Positions 24,933 to 36,500 of a DNA stretch of 64,000 bases are shown here, in pieces. Position numbers and translations under genes: made by a program. Origin of the DNA: Podarcis vaucheri (Eukaryota); assembly GCA_965113315.1 (NCBI GenBank), contig OZ220369.1; one strand, written 5' to 3'. The notes below the pieces were generated by a model, which did no database searches, was not told where the DNA came from, and saw only the letters and a list, made by a program, of their open reading frames with translations. Within the stretch, counting starts at the first letter, position 1. Each line of letters begins with the position of its first letter.

Positions 24933-27899
24933 TAATTTCATTTCTATATCGCTTTATATTTTAATGAACAGCTCTCAAAAACACCTTCAAATCAAACGAT
25001 GCAGAGTAAAACAAATCCAAGCTTCAAGGAAAACATTCCAGATCCTTCTCTAAGTGACCTTTTGCTTTCCTCAGTCACCAACCTGGCCCCCCCCCCCCGA
25101 GAGCTCTACATGGTCGCAAGTGGACCTGCGCCTGAGGCAAAACGCACCTGGCTAATTTCAAACACTGGTTGCTCCCCCCCCAAACCAAGATCCCCAACGA
25201 GGTTCTGGTCAGCCAAGATGTGGGCGAAGGGCCCTGAACCATGACCACTACCCCTCCTCCAGAGGGTGAAATGGCTGCTAGCCACAAGAGCTATCTTCAT
25301 GGCTGGAGGCAGTAATGCTTCTGACTACCAGTTGCTGGAAGCCACAGGAGGGGAGAGTGCGCTTGTGCATGGGACCTGCTTGTGGGTTTCTGCACCTGAA
25401 TGGCCACTGTTTGAAGTGGATGTTGGACTAGATGGGCCACTGGCCTGATCCACTAGAGCTCTCCTCATGTTCTTATGTTTAAATGAAAGGAACAAACGTC
25501 TCCGGCTGGCCCACATGTGCTCGGTCAACAACAACCGTCCTGTACAAGAATGATGCCGGAGCTGTTTCCTCAACTGGGAGCAAGAACCTCTGGCTCTCAT
25601 GCGCAACCCAGTCGCCCTTTCCCACAAGCCTGTCTCCCGTGAGTTCGGTTTAATGGCCGTATTCGGCGTGGCAATGCGCTGCCATTTACTCCATTTGCCC
25701 TCATCAACTGGCGGTTTTAGTTCACACCATCAACCGTCCTAAGCATCTCCCACCAGGAAGGGGAACGCACAAGAAGCATTTCCCTCAAAATAAGTTGCTT
25801 TGCCAAGGCCTCTCTGCTGGAGGAGGGGAACCAAGTGCCCTTTCCCACAGAATCTTCCAGCAAGAGGCAAGACAAAAGGCTCCACCGAAGCCTTGGTTGC
25901 TGGTCACTTTCTGGAGGGGAGGGGGTGTGTTTGGCCCCATGGACCATTTTTGTGAGGGAAAAGAGGATGGGTGGGGTGTGGAGGTTCTCCATGAGGGAGC
26001 CCATCTGGGTCAATTTAGGAACAAGAGAAATAACAGCAAGCACACAGCATGCAAACCAAACATTTCTTGGCTTTTCTACCAGTGTTATACCGGTAAATGG
26101 TGTAAAAATTAAGCGTTGCACTGAACATCAGGTCCTTCATTCATTTCCCTACAAATATATCCACGACCAGGATTAGGCCCAATTTGTTCACGAACGCATC
26201 GTTTGATACAGAAGGCCCTCATTCTTCCCGCACCCCAAAACCAGTTTTTCTAAGAATTACGAACCCAGGAGTCTACTTCTGTGCTTCTGCATGAGTCACT
26301 GTTTGGGATGCGACTCCTCACTGGAAGCCTGAGGTGGTTACCAATGCAGAGATGCAACAGCCAGCCTCCTTTAGAGTGTTGGTGATTTTGGTTTCCAGTA
26401 TACACTGGGAATGATCCCCTCACACCAAATTATGAGACTTTGTAGAGTTGCCCATCCCCAGGAAGCAAGGCCTGAGTTGTAAATAATGCAGAGACACAAC
26501 GAGCATCCTCCTCCCTGGGGATTCTCATTCTTAGCAGCACATTACCGGTTCTCCTGCAGTAGACACTTTGGGAATTGCTAGGGTATTCTTTTGGCTTCTC
26601 CCCATAATCACATAACTTTAAGCATCAGGTCTGTATTTGTTCATGAATACGTGGTCTGAAACCACAGCTCCTAAACATGAAGGAGGGCCCAGTTCTCAGA
26701 GATGGAGCCCCCTTCCCCAAAATACAACAGCAACATGAACACAGCCAAATGAACACAGAACAGGAAATACCAAGCCAATTCCTCTTGGGGTAAGGAGTCC
26801 AGTATTATCGAAAAGAGCTCTGTGTGACCCGAAAGCTTGCAAACTCATACAGCAACGTTAGCCGGCCTTGCTTGAGGAAGAGCCAAAACCACATCATCTC
26901 TATCACCGAGTCTTACCTGACCTTCTAAGTTCCTATTCTCTGCCACCGACAAAAGTAACCAATGTCTTAAGATGCCAAATGGATCAACTACATGCACACA
27001 CCAGGGCTGTCTGAACCCCTCTTTCAGCAATGTCCAGTCCAGGATGGCCCAAAAACTTGTGTGCCGCCTCTCAAGAATGTCTCCACCTCTTCTAAGGCCT
27101 CTCTGCCGGCCCGCTTCAAGAACAGCCACCCAATCCAACCTAACCCAAGCCGACATTTGGGGGTGGGTGGGTCAAATTGTGGCATTTTGGGTAGAAAGTC
27201 TCCAAAAGGCAAACTGCAAAAATTATAACTGAACAAAAGGACGTGGAGTTATGCCTCACAGATCCATGCACAGTGCACCATTCCACTGGAGGAGCAATAA
27301 ATGAAATTTTAAAAACCAGCACATTTCCCAACCACTGTAGCCACCTCCCCACTACCGTCCAAAAATAAATCCATGCTTGTCTTAGGATACATTGCTTCTT
27401 CTTTTTTAAGTCCAATGGCAAATGAGCCCACACAAGATTCGGCCACCAAACATCTTAAAATTTAAGTCTAGACCAAACACCACATATACAGGGAGACAAA
27501 TGCACATGGAGACATTAAATAGAAATATACGCACATACATATAAAAGCTTATGTTTCTCTGAAACTGTACAGACCTTTCTCTACCGAACTGCAAAAGTGG
27601 GGTAGGGGGGTGGGGAGAGAGAGACAGGATCTCCAACATTTTTTTTTAAGCTGCAGATTCCACACCAGGAGAAAATACCACATTCCAATTCAAACAGCTA
27701 ATTTCCAAACTATTCCTCAGCAAACGTGGCATTTGCAAAAGCTGTTTTAAGAAAGCGAGCACAATACCCCATTAAAAGAAAAGGCATGTAGAAAAAAGAA
27801 AAGAACCAACAAATTCAGTTACAACCCACCCCCCATTCCTTAAATATTCCAAAAGGGGAAAAAAGGAAAGAAAACTGTACAACTCCGAGTAACTTGGGA

Positions 27900-29950
27900 G
27901 AGAGGGGGTGTCCTTTTTTATGCAATATTTTCATAGCCAACTTTCGCATAAGTTAACTTCAGTTCTAAAAAAAAATAAACAAACAGCCATTTCTTTTTTT
28001 CCCCCTCTCCCCTTAAATAAAAGTGCAATCGACACGCAATTCACAGTGCAAGAAGCAAAAACAACAGTGCAACATCCCAGACTCACACACACAAAAGCAA
28101 AGCAAGATTGCAACAACGCCAACCCCGCTCCCCCCCAAAAGCACAAAACCCCAGAACAAAGCAAAACACCCCTTTTCAGGTGCCCCCGGTTCCCCCCTGG
28201 GCTGCCTCTCCAACACTCTCAAGACAGTTTTTTTTTTATTATTATTAAAATTTGCAGACAAAAGGGGAAACAAAAATGGCAGCCTCGCTTATTTTTAAAA
28301 CAGAAACGGGGACGCCATATTCTGCAGATCTGCAAAAAAGGGAGAAATCGGAAGCTTCGCCTGGACTCCGAGAGGGGAAGAAGAGAGGAGGAAAAAAAAA
28401 ATTTCAGGCAGCCGCAAAACTAGAAAGTCGGAGGGGGGAAAAACGGGAGGAAAAAAAAAAATTAAGCTCCTTTTTGCCCTCGCCTTTATTTGCATTAAAT
28501 CATTGTTGGCCGGAGGTCTTTTTGCACCAAAAGGGGTGTTTTGTTTTATTTATTTATTTAACGTATTATTCTTAATAATCTTTCCCTCTTTTGAATAGCC
28601 CGGCTTTTATTTATTTAAAAAAAAAGACACTTCCTATACCAATACACATGCTCCGCTTGCAAATTGCAACCCAAGCCAGAGATCCGTCTGCAAAGGAAGA
28701 AAATGGGCACCCCCGTTTCGCTTCCTCTTCCTCGCCTCCTCCTCCTCCTCCATCTCCACCCGCCCAACCTTTAGTTACGTCGGGGGGGGGCGGAATAAGG
28801 AGGAGGAGGAGACGACCGGCGAAAGGGGGGGGACACACACCGGGAAGACAGTGCCCCCCCGCACGATCTCCGGTGCAGACCTGCTGCAAATGCGCGCATC
28901 GAATTTGCAAACGCACCCTCTCCCCCCCCTTTGCAATCTTAGCCTGAAACTGACATGCATTTGCAGAAAGCCACAGAAGGAGAGGGGGAAAAGCATGCGG
29001 CGTTGCTACTGAGCTGCAACATTTGCAATCTAGCCCCTTCTCTCCCCCCCACTCCACAAATTTAACCCCACCACCCTCCAACCTCGCCAATCCTTGCTTG
29101 GAGCTGGCCTGGGAGAGCGCGTCCGCCTCTCTGCCCTTTCCTCCATAATAACAGAACACAGTAATCGGAAGAATACACACCTTCGATTGCAGAGGTTTTG
29201 GCAAACGTGGGGCGCTTTTAATGCAAATAGACATGAGGCGAGAGTATAAATATCTAGAGATAAAGACGGGTAATAATAGAGCCACTCAAGTCTTATCAGG
29301 AGGGGGGGCAAAAAGGAGTGGGGTTTTTTTTAACACTCCCCCCCTCCAAAAAAAAAAAAGGATAACACTCCCTACCAGGGCGATCTTGGGAAGTTCAGTC
29401 TCTATAGCTTGGGTTTTTTTTTCCTCCCCCCCCCTCCCCGCCGAGTGCTTATAAAGCTCAGTTCAAATCTTCCGGGTCGGCCTGGAGTTCACTTCTGGTT
29501 TTTGCAACAACCCAAGCCAGCCAGCCGGAGGGTTGCTTTCTATGAGGTCCGAGCGAGCAGCAGAAGGGTTTTTCCTCTTGCGACCGATTCTTCCTTCCGC
29601 CTCCAAAAATAAAATGCTTTTTTAAAGAAAACTTGCTTTTTAAAAAAACAACAACAGAAAACCTCCCTATTCTTTTTGATCGTGTTATTTTCTTTTCCCC
29701 TTTTTCCTGCAATCTTTTTTTTTCTTTCTTCCTTGGTAGTTGTGTGCTAAAAGATTCACTTCTTGCGAGAGAGTTTCCAAAAGGGGCAGATCCAGGAGAG
29801 GCGAGGGAAATGGGGGAGGGAGTTTTGGAAAAGAAAACATTGGGGTGGGGTGCAGAGGGGGTTTGGTGGGTGGCGGAGGGGGGGTGTCTTGTGGGTTTGG
29901 CTGGCTGCAGAATGTGCCCAGACATTGCTTGCTAGGCACAGAACAAGAGA
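27900..29950 (-). promoter_or_regulatory. ZNF362: Probable ZNF362 promoter and first non-coding exon(s): CpG-retaining, homopolymer-rich region
   Basis: High CpG retention, no recognisable interspersed repeats, YY1-like AAAATGGCAGC (~28273), octamers ATTTGCAT (28488-28495) and ATGCAAAT (29221-29228), candidate minus-strand splice sites (~28944 acceptor, ~29180 donor). The exact TSS cannot be determined. Confidence 0.65.
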
Positions 29951-30751
29951 TGGGCTGGCTTACGAGCCTGTTTCCTCCACCCACTGATTTTTATTTTATT
30001 TAAAAAGCAGATTCCTAATCATCTCTCCCCCTCCCCAAACACAACCCCCAGCACCAAAGTTGCCTTAGGCAACTTTGAATTTCCAATATAAATTCATAGG
30101 CACCTCCCTCGCAGGGGAAAATAAATTAAAGGGTGTGCTGGTTAATTCAGGAAGGCCCGTGGCCCTGGAATCCCTCTTTATCTGGGAGCAAGCAGCACCG
30201 CAAAATCAAAAGCACGGAACTGTAGAGTTGAAAGGAGTCCCCAGGGGTCATCTAGTCCAACCCGCTGCAAATGCAGGAATCACACCTTTGAGTTGCTTTT
30301 GTTTCTAATAATATGCAAAGGCTACTGCTTGTCTAGCCAGGCTTCTACTCTGGATTTGGGGTAGATGGGAGGTAAATCCTGAACTCAGGACCAGGTCATG
30401 TGATGGGTGACATCTGCAGCTCCACAGGGTGTCTGGCTCTGCTGTCCCCTAAAGAGCACTTTGCTCTGTAAGTGTGCCTACCCCGGATGAATGTTGTTTC
30501 GTCTAGATTAATATACAGTACCTCCTTTGATTCACAAGATCTCAGGGTGCCTCACAGGATTAAAAATACAAAGTAAAAAACCAGTAAATAAAGCAAAAGC
30601 AGAAACAGTAACCCCTGTCCCACAAACACATTTTTAAATAATGTAGAATATTTAATTGGCCTTACAAAAAACACACACAACAGAAATACAAAATATAAAT
30701 TAACATATAACACTTAAGAACAATTTAAAACAACCTCAGCCTTCCCAAATA

Positions 30752-30920
30752 CCGTATTTTTCGCTCTATAACACGCACCCGACCATAACACGCACGTAGT
30801 TTTTAGAGGAGGAAAATCCGTAGGCATGCCACCCGTAGGCATTTCCTCCATAACACGCACAGACATTTCCTCTTACTTTCTAGGAGGAAAAAAGTGAGTG
30901 TTATGGTGCAAAAAATACGG
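30752..30920. mobile_element. Tc1/mariner-type MITE family C, short variant
   Basis: TA|CCGTATTTTTCGCTCTATAACAC...GCAAAAAATACGG|TA. Confidence 0.85.
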
Positions 30921-31360
30921 TAATTCAGTTTTTTCTGCCAGATGTTCTTGCTGTCAGCTGAGACTTAAGAATAAAATTGCCAGGCTGTTAATTTTGGAAA
31001 TAATACGTCCCCTCTTGCCCCCCCATGCTATGCCCCTGTTGGGAAGACCGTTCCATAGAGAGGGAGCCACCACTAACAAGGCCCTTTTGTTAAAACTCCA
31101 GCTGTCATCAGCCTCAGCCAGCATGCCCAATAGACAAGGATGATAGGAGATTTAGTCCAAGACCTGGGGGACACCAAATTGGGATTATACACAACCTCCA
31201 TCAGCTGTATTTCACCTCTTCCTGCTTTGTATGGGTCATTTCAAAATGGCAACAAGTGTCACTGGCTTCTATGAGTGGGATCCTCTCACCTCTCTGGGTC
31301 CAGAAGTGGAATTGGGTGGGGTGGGGGACACCCAATGAGGACTGGCCCATTTAATTATTA

Positions 31361-31545
31361 GGTGTAGTGGTTAGCGTGTTGGACTAGGACCTGGGAGACG
31401 AGGTTCGAGTCCCTACTCAGCAATGAAGTTCACCAGGTGACCCTGGGACAATCACTGCCTGTCAGCCTAACCTACTGCACAGGGTTGTTGAGTTCCTTGA
31501 GCTCCTTATAGGAAAGACAGGACATAAGCAAGCAAGCAAATAATA
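31361..31545 (+). mobile_element. tRNA-derived SINE (Squam3-like)
   Basis: GGTGTAGTGGTTAGCGTGTTGGACTAGGACCTGGGAGAC..GGTTCGAGTCCC...CAGCCTAACCTAC..CACAGGGTTGTTG. Confidence 0.75.
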
Positions 31546-31922
31546 AGAGAGCTCAATGAATGCCACCACCTTGAGCTGGCACCCAATTCATGCTCTACGT
31601 TCTCAACAGCCCTGCAAGGTAGGCCAGCATTATCATCCCCATGTAGCTGACGAGAGATCAATGTCTTGCACAGGAGTGCCTTGCAGGTGTCATTGGGCTC
31701 CAGCTCTCATCAGCCCCAGAGTTGACTAACCCTGGTTCTTACCTCAAGGCTTCCCTAATCAGTTTGGAGCTGGGCCGAGTTTTGAACCCAGGACTTAAGT
31801 TCTTAGCTGCTGCTGCTACCTCACCAAGGAAGACTGCTGCTTCATTTGCCCCACACGCAGATGTGGAAGAGAAAACATCTCAGCACGTGCTTCTGCTCTG
31901 CCCGTAATTACGCATCAGCGCA

Positions 31923-34362
31923 CTCTATTTGTGCTGATAAATTGCCATATGACTACAGTAATGCACCATAAATCAGTGTTTCCCAACCTTTTTTGGGCAA
32001 AGGCACACTTGTTTCATGAAAAAAATCTCGAGGCACACCACCATGCCAGATGGGGAAAGGTCACTTTTTACTTATGTAAAAAGAAATAAAAAAATAGTAA
32101 CAGCATAGAAGGTAATGGTTAGGCTAGCATCCCTCTTCCAAATATGCTAGGTTTTTATTTGCAGGGACTGTTCTACATGGGAAAGCATTCAGCACTGTCA
32201 TTCTCCCATCTGCCATCTGAATTGGTACTATTCTGGGTCAACTTACTCTGCTGCATGTGTAGATGAAAATGGCACCAAGTGTGGGGGAGGGGGCAGAACA
32301 GGTTTCAGATACAGGATATTAAGCATACATGTACTTCAGATTGAACTGGTTGCTTGCTTTGCAAGTTTTCATTTCCCAAATGACTGCCTTGGCAAGCGCA
32401 ATACCTACCAGGCTCAACGCCGTTCTCGCGCTACCGCTTCCCGCGCTCTCAAGGACCCGGGAGGAGGAAGGCGTGAAGGCAATCCCAAAGGTGCGAAAAC
32501 CTTGCGCATGCGCAGGCCTTCCGCCTGCGACAGCCCAGTAGGCCGGCCGAAGCGAGCGGCGATGGGATGTGGGAGGGAGCTCGCTCGCCGCCCCGCGTGT
32601 GCCTATGTGGGGCACGTTACAGCCCCGTGACGTCAGCGCCACGCAGGCAGCCAGGCAGGCAGACGGCGAGAGCCCCGCGCTGGGCGGCCTCTCCTCGCCG
32701 CTGCCGCCCGCCTCTCGCCGCCCGACTCGCCCGCCTCCCTCCCACGGCACACCAGGCAACGTCTCGCGGCACACTAGTGTGCCGCGGAACACTGGTTGGG
32801 AAACACTGCCATAAATTAATCCCAGGACAGGGAGTGAGAGAGAGTGACCAGACAAGCTTTACAAGCTCATCCCAGAGACCTCTGCCAAAAGAACAAGAAG
32901 GGACCAGGCTGGGAATGGGTGGTATCTCTCCGCCCGTCTCTCACCTAGGCTCAGAGTCAGACCAGTTGCAGGCGACAGCAGCCTCGCTGGATAGATCATT
33001 GGCTTCGTACCAATCAGCTCATTCTCCATAATGGAGAAACCCATGTTCAGGTTTGAAAACAATGTCTATCTCACTGTAGTCTCCATCTTCTTACAGCTTC
33101 AGCTCACTCTAGCAGCAACCTCAGGTGATAAAGCAACAATAGGGCTGCTGCTAAAATGGACCCCCCTGAGAAACAAGAGGGAACGATCCACACACACAAA
33201 CAGCTCAATGAGCACTGGGTGTTCTCAGTACCCAGAGAGTGCTAGCTGTCAGCTGGAAAAGGAAAACAATCAGCAGGATGGAACGGTATCTGGGAAATGG
33301 GCATGGCCAGCCGGCTGGCTGGCTCCCTGGAGTATTATTGTCAGGAGGTGAAAATATACTGCAGCAATTCATCATGCCTTGGGGCACATCCACATCACAT
33401 ATTTATAGCAGCACCATGGCATTTTAACCAGTCGTGGCTTTCCCCAAAGAATTCTAGGAGCTGTAGTTTTGTTAAGGGTGCTGAGAGTTGCTGGGAGAAA
33501 TCTCATTTCCCTCCGAGAGCTACAATTCTCAGAGAGGTTTAACTAGGGTTGCTATATTTCAATAAGTAAGAACCAGGACACCCCAAAAATTGTGTCCGGG
33601 TGGGAATTCTAGCTCTGTGAGATGAATAAGGGTTTCCCCACAACTCTCAGTAAATACCCTTGACTGTTAAAGTAGTGTAAGAGTGTGGCCAGTTTTCTCT
33701 TCCCTTTGTCCTTCATTTGGTTTTGGAAAAGCTTTGTCCCAACATTTTGCTGAAAGCTTTTTCCTACTTAGCTGGGTGCTTTGTTCCTAATTCCCCCTCT
33801 GCAATAGTCTGGCTTGTGCCGAGCCAAAAGTCAGGAGGATAGGTGTTCTTTGGATTTTGGATTGACTCTCTCTGTATGTGATCATCCCATAACCCGGTAG
33901 CGGCCATTCAAAAGCAGCTGGGCAAGTTCTAGCTTAGCATTGGAAAAGAGCTACTAATTTAATAATGGATGCTTGGTTGGAATGAGTCCTCATGGAAAAC
34001 TGTCAAAGCAATTTGAAGTTTTCTTTTCATTTTTTTTAACCCACAAAGGTCAAGGATGTTTTTGAGAAAACATGGCCTGTGTTTATTCAATACACTAGAA
34101 AGGGCAATGCAACCATGAAACCACCAGCAGCTCATGGTAGCCTCTCAAACCACCTATTCAGATGAGAAAAACAATCTTCTGCAACCATTTAACACCCCAA
34201 CATGTAAACCCATTCCCAGCCTGGTCCCTTCTTGTTCTTTTGGCAGAGGTCTCTGGGATGAGCTTGTAAAGCTTGTCTGGTCACTCTCTCTCACTCCCTG
34301 TCCTGGGATTAATTTATGGTGCATTACTGTAGTCATATGGCAATTTATCAGCACAAATAGAG
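31923..34362. repeat. 155-bp perfect inverted duplication: left arm 31923-31973 + 32817-32920 (split by the hAT element), right arm 34208-34362
   Basis: Reverse complement of 34208-34362 matches the joined left arm base for base by eye. Confidence 0.93.
31974..32808. mobile_element. Young non-autonomous hAT (Charlie-like) DNA transposon, 835 bp
   Basis: 15-bp TIRs CAGTGTTTCCCAACC / GGTTGGGAAACACTG; exact 8-bp TSD CCATAAAT (31966-31973, 32809-32816); subterminal palindrome GCGGCACACTAGTGTGCCGC (32766-32785); no transposase ORF. Confidence 0.92.
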
Positions 34363-35259
34363 CTACTGACTCTATATGCATCTAATCTGAACGCATGGAG
34401 GGAGGGGGGGCGGGCCTTTGGGAAGCAATCTTACATGCATTTGTTCACTTGTACCTTTGCAACGATTATGAAAAACACAAAAACAAAAACTATTTTAGTA
34501 TTTATAAAAAAGAAAGACACCTCGGCAATCTGTGTTGTACAAAGCAGCGGACAATACATTGCAAGGGGATTTCTCATTTCTGCACATGAAATAGGCACCT
34601 GCGCACAAGAGACAGGGTGAACATAAGACCACCAGAAGAGCCTGCTGGATCAGGCCAGGGGCCCATCTAGTCCAGCCTCCTGTTCTCACAGTGGCTGACC
34701 GGATGCATCCTGTGGGTGTGAGTTCCATAGTTTAACAATGTACCCTCTTTAGAGATGTAAATGTTTAGGGAGGCAGCTGAACCTTGACGTATGGGACCAG
34801 CTCTCACGGAGAGCATTCTAACAAGGGATGGACAAAAGGCCCAAACGAGGACCATGATCTACCAGGGACAAGGGCCCCCAGAATAGGGACAGCGTGTAGG
34901 GTTATGAAAGGTGTGGAATAACAATAGGCAAACAGTCAGCTGTATTCTGCACACACATGCAGCGTATCTTAAAACCACAAGAGGGAGCCAAAGCATAAGA
35001 AAATAAATCTGTGGGAATATTAGTCTGTAAGGAGATTTGTAAGACCACATCTTTGTTTTGTGTGGGTTGGTGTGCCTCTCTGTGTGTGTGTTCCCTACGT
35101 GCACATCTTTCAGAAGGTTTGGGAGGAAAATTCAGCTGGTTTGAAGCCCCTCCCAACGCTGCAAGGGGGGCAGTGACGATCTGCATTTCCCCTTGCCTAA
35201 AGGAACACCACAGAGGGGCTTGGCTGATGTCACTAGGAAGGGAATTCCAAAGTGTAACA

Positions 35260-35396
35260 CAGGCTTCCTCAAGCTCGGCCCTCCAGATGTTTTTTGGCCT
35301 CCAACTCCCATGATCCCTAGCTAGCAGGACCAGTGGTCAGGGATGATGGGAACTGTAGTCTCAAAACATCTGGAGGGCCGAGTTTGAGGAAGCCTG
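35260..35396. mobile_element. Palindromic hAT MITE (URR1-like, ACTACAATTCCC family)
   Basis: Long imperfect TIRs CAGGCTTCCTCAA...TTGAGGAAGCCTG; 8-bp TSD GTGTAACA/GTGTAATG. Confidence 0.8.
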
Positions 35397-35961
35397 GTGT
35401 AATGCCTGAGTCATGAGGGCCAGCTAGAGAAGTCTGGAGGGCCACATTCAGCCTGTGTGCCCAAGTTTCTCCACGTCTGTCCAAGAGGGTGTTACCCTCC
35501 TCCAACTTTGGTTTCAAGAGAGATTCGACAAACAACAATTGTCCCGCCATCTCATCAAAATACAACTCAGCAGCAGGGCAAATTTATTTATTTGGAGAGG
35601 GGGTTTTGTGTGGTAAATCTGCTCTTTAGCCCCACCCCCAAAAGTTCCCATACAATAAATTAGAAACAAGATGATCCCTGCCCACAGGCTCACAGTCTAA
35701 AGGACACGACAGAAGATGAAAGAAGGAAGGAGGAGAGCATAAGAAAAGCGAAGCAAACGTGGGCACCAATTCTTAAAGTTGGTTTCTTAGAATGGCCAGC
35801 TGTTATGGAAAGAGTTTGAGGACAACAGGAGCCCAGTGGATATGATTTTAGTGGCTTTCTATGAGGTACTGTGGCCCTGCATCTAAAAAGTGATCTCTGT
35901 TACTAGAGAAAAAGCTGCCTCTATTCCTATCGCTGAAATGTACCTGCTTGGAAAGCTGCAG

Positions 35962-36108
35962 CAGTGGCGTAGCGTGAGGGGTGCAGGGGGGGCCGGCCGC
36001 ACCGGGCGCAACATCTGGGGGTTAGGGTTAGGGGGTGCAAATCCACGGGTTAGGGGGCGCAAATTACTTGCCTTGCCCCGGGTGCTGACAACCCACGCTA
36101 CGCCACTG
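35962..36108. mobile_element. hAT (Tip100-like) MITE, 147 bp
   Basis: TIR CAGTGGCGTAGCGTG / CACGCTACGCCACTG; exact 8-bp TSD AGCTGCAG (35954-35961, 36109-36116). Confidence 0.9.
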
Positions 36109-36129
36109 AGCTGCAGTCTCCAGGAACTC

Positions 36130-36500
36130 TGCAGAACACAAGAAGAGTCTGCTGGATCGGACCAATGGCCCAACAGATCCAGCAGCCTGTTCTCACAGCG
36201 GCACCCAGATACCCCAATGGGAAGCCCAGAAGCAGGACCCAAATACAAGAGCCCTCTCCCCTCCTGTGGTTTGCAGAAACTAGTATTCAGAGGCATGGCT
36301 GCTTCTGACTATAGAGGCAGAGCAGAGCCATCATGGCTAGTAGCCATCGACAGCCTTTTCCTCCGCCAGGAATTTGTCCAATCCTCTTTTAAAGCCATCC
36401 AAGGTGGTGGCCATCCTTGCCTCTTGTGGGAGGTAGTTCCACGGTTTAACTGCGCACTGTGTGGAAAATTACTTTCTTTTCTCTGCCCTGAATCATCTGC
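36130..36500 (-). mobile_element. CR1 LINE 3' end including 3' UTR
   Basis: AAGAAGAGTCTGCTGGATC...AATTTGTCCAATCCTCTTTTAAAGCCATCCAAG; short 3'-UTR relatives at ~19160, 25300-25480, 34620, 44270-44440, 61250-61630. Confidence 0.75.

Noticed and set aside
28611-29285. 224-aa minus-strand ORF in the ZNF362 promoter region
   Set aside because: Low-complexity translation of homopolymer/CpG-rich DNA; no similarity to ZNF362 or any domain I recognise.
31923-34362. Inverted arms as long TIRs of one large (Mutator/foldback) transposon
   Set aside because: No flanking TSD and no transposase remnant seen; cannot be fully excluded without a genome-wide search.
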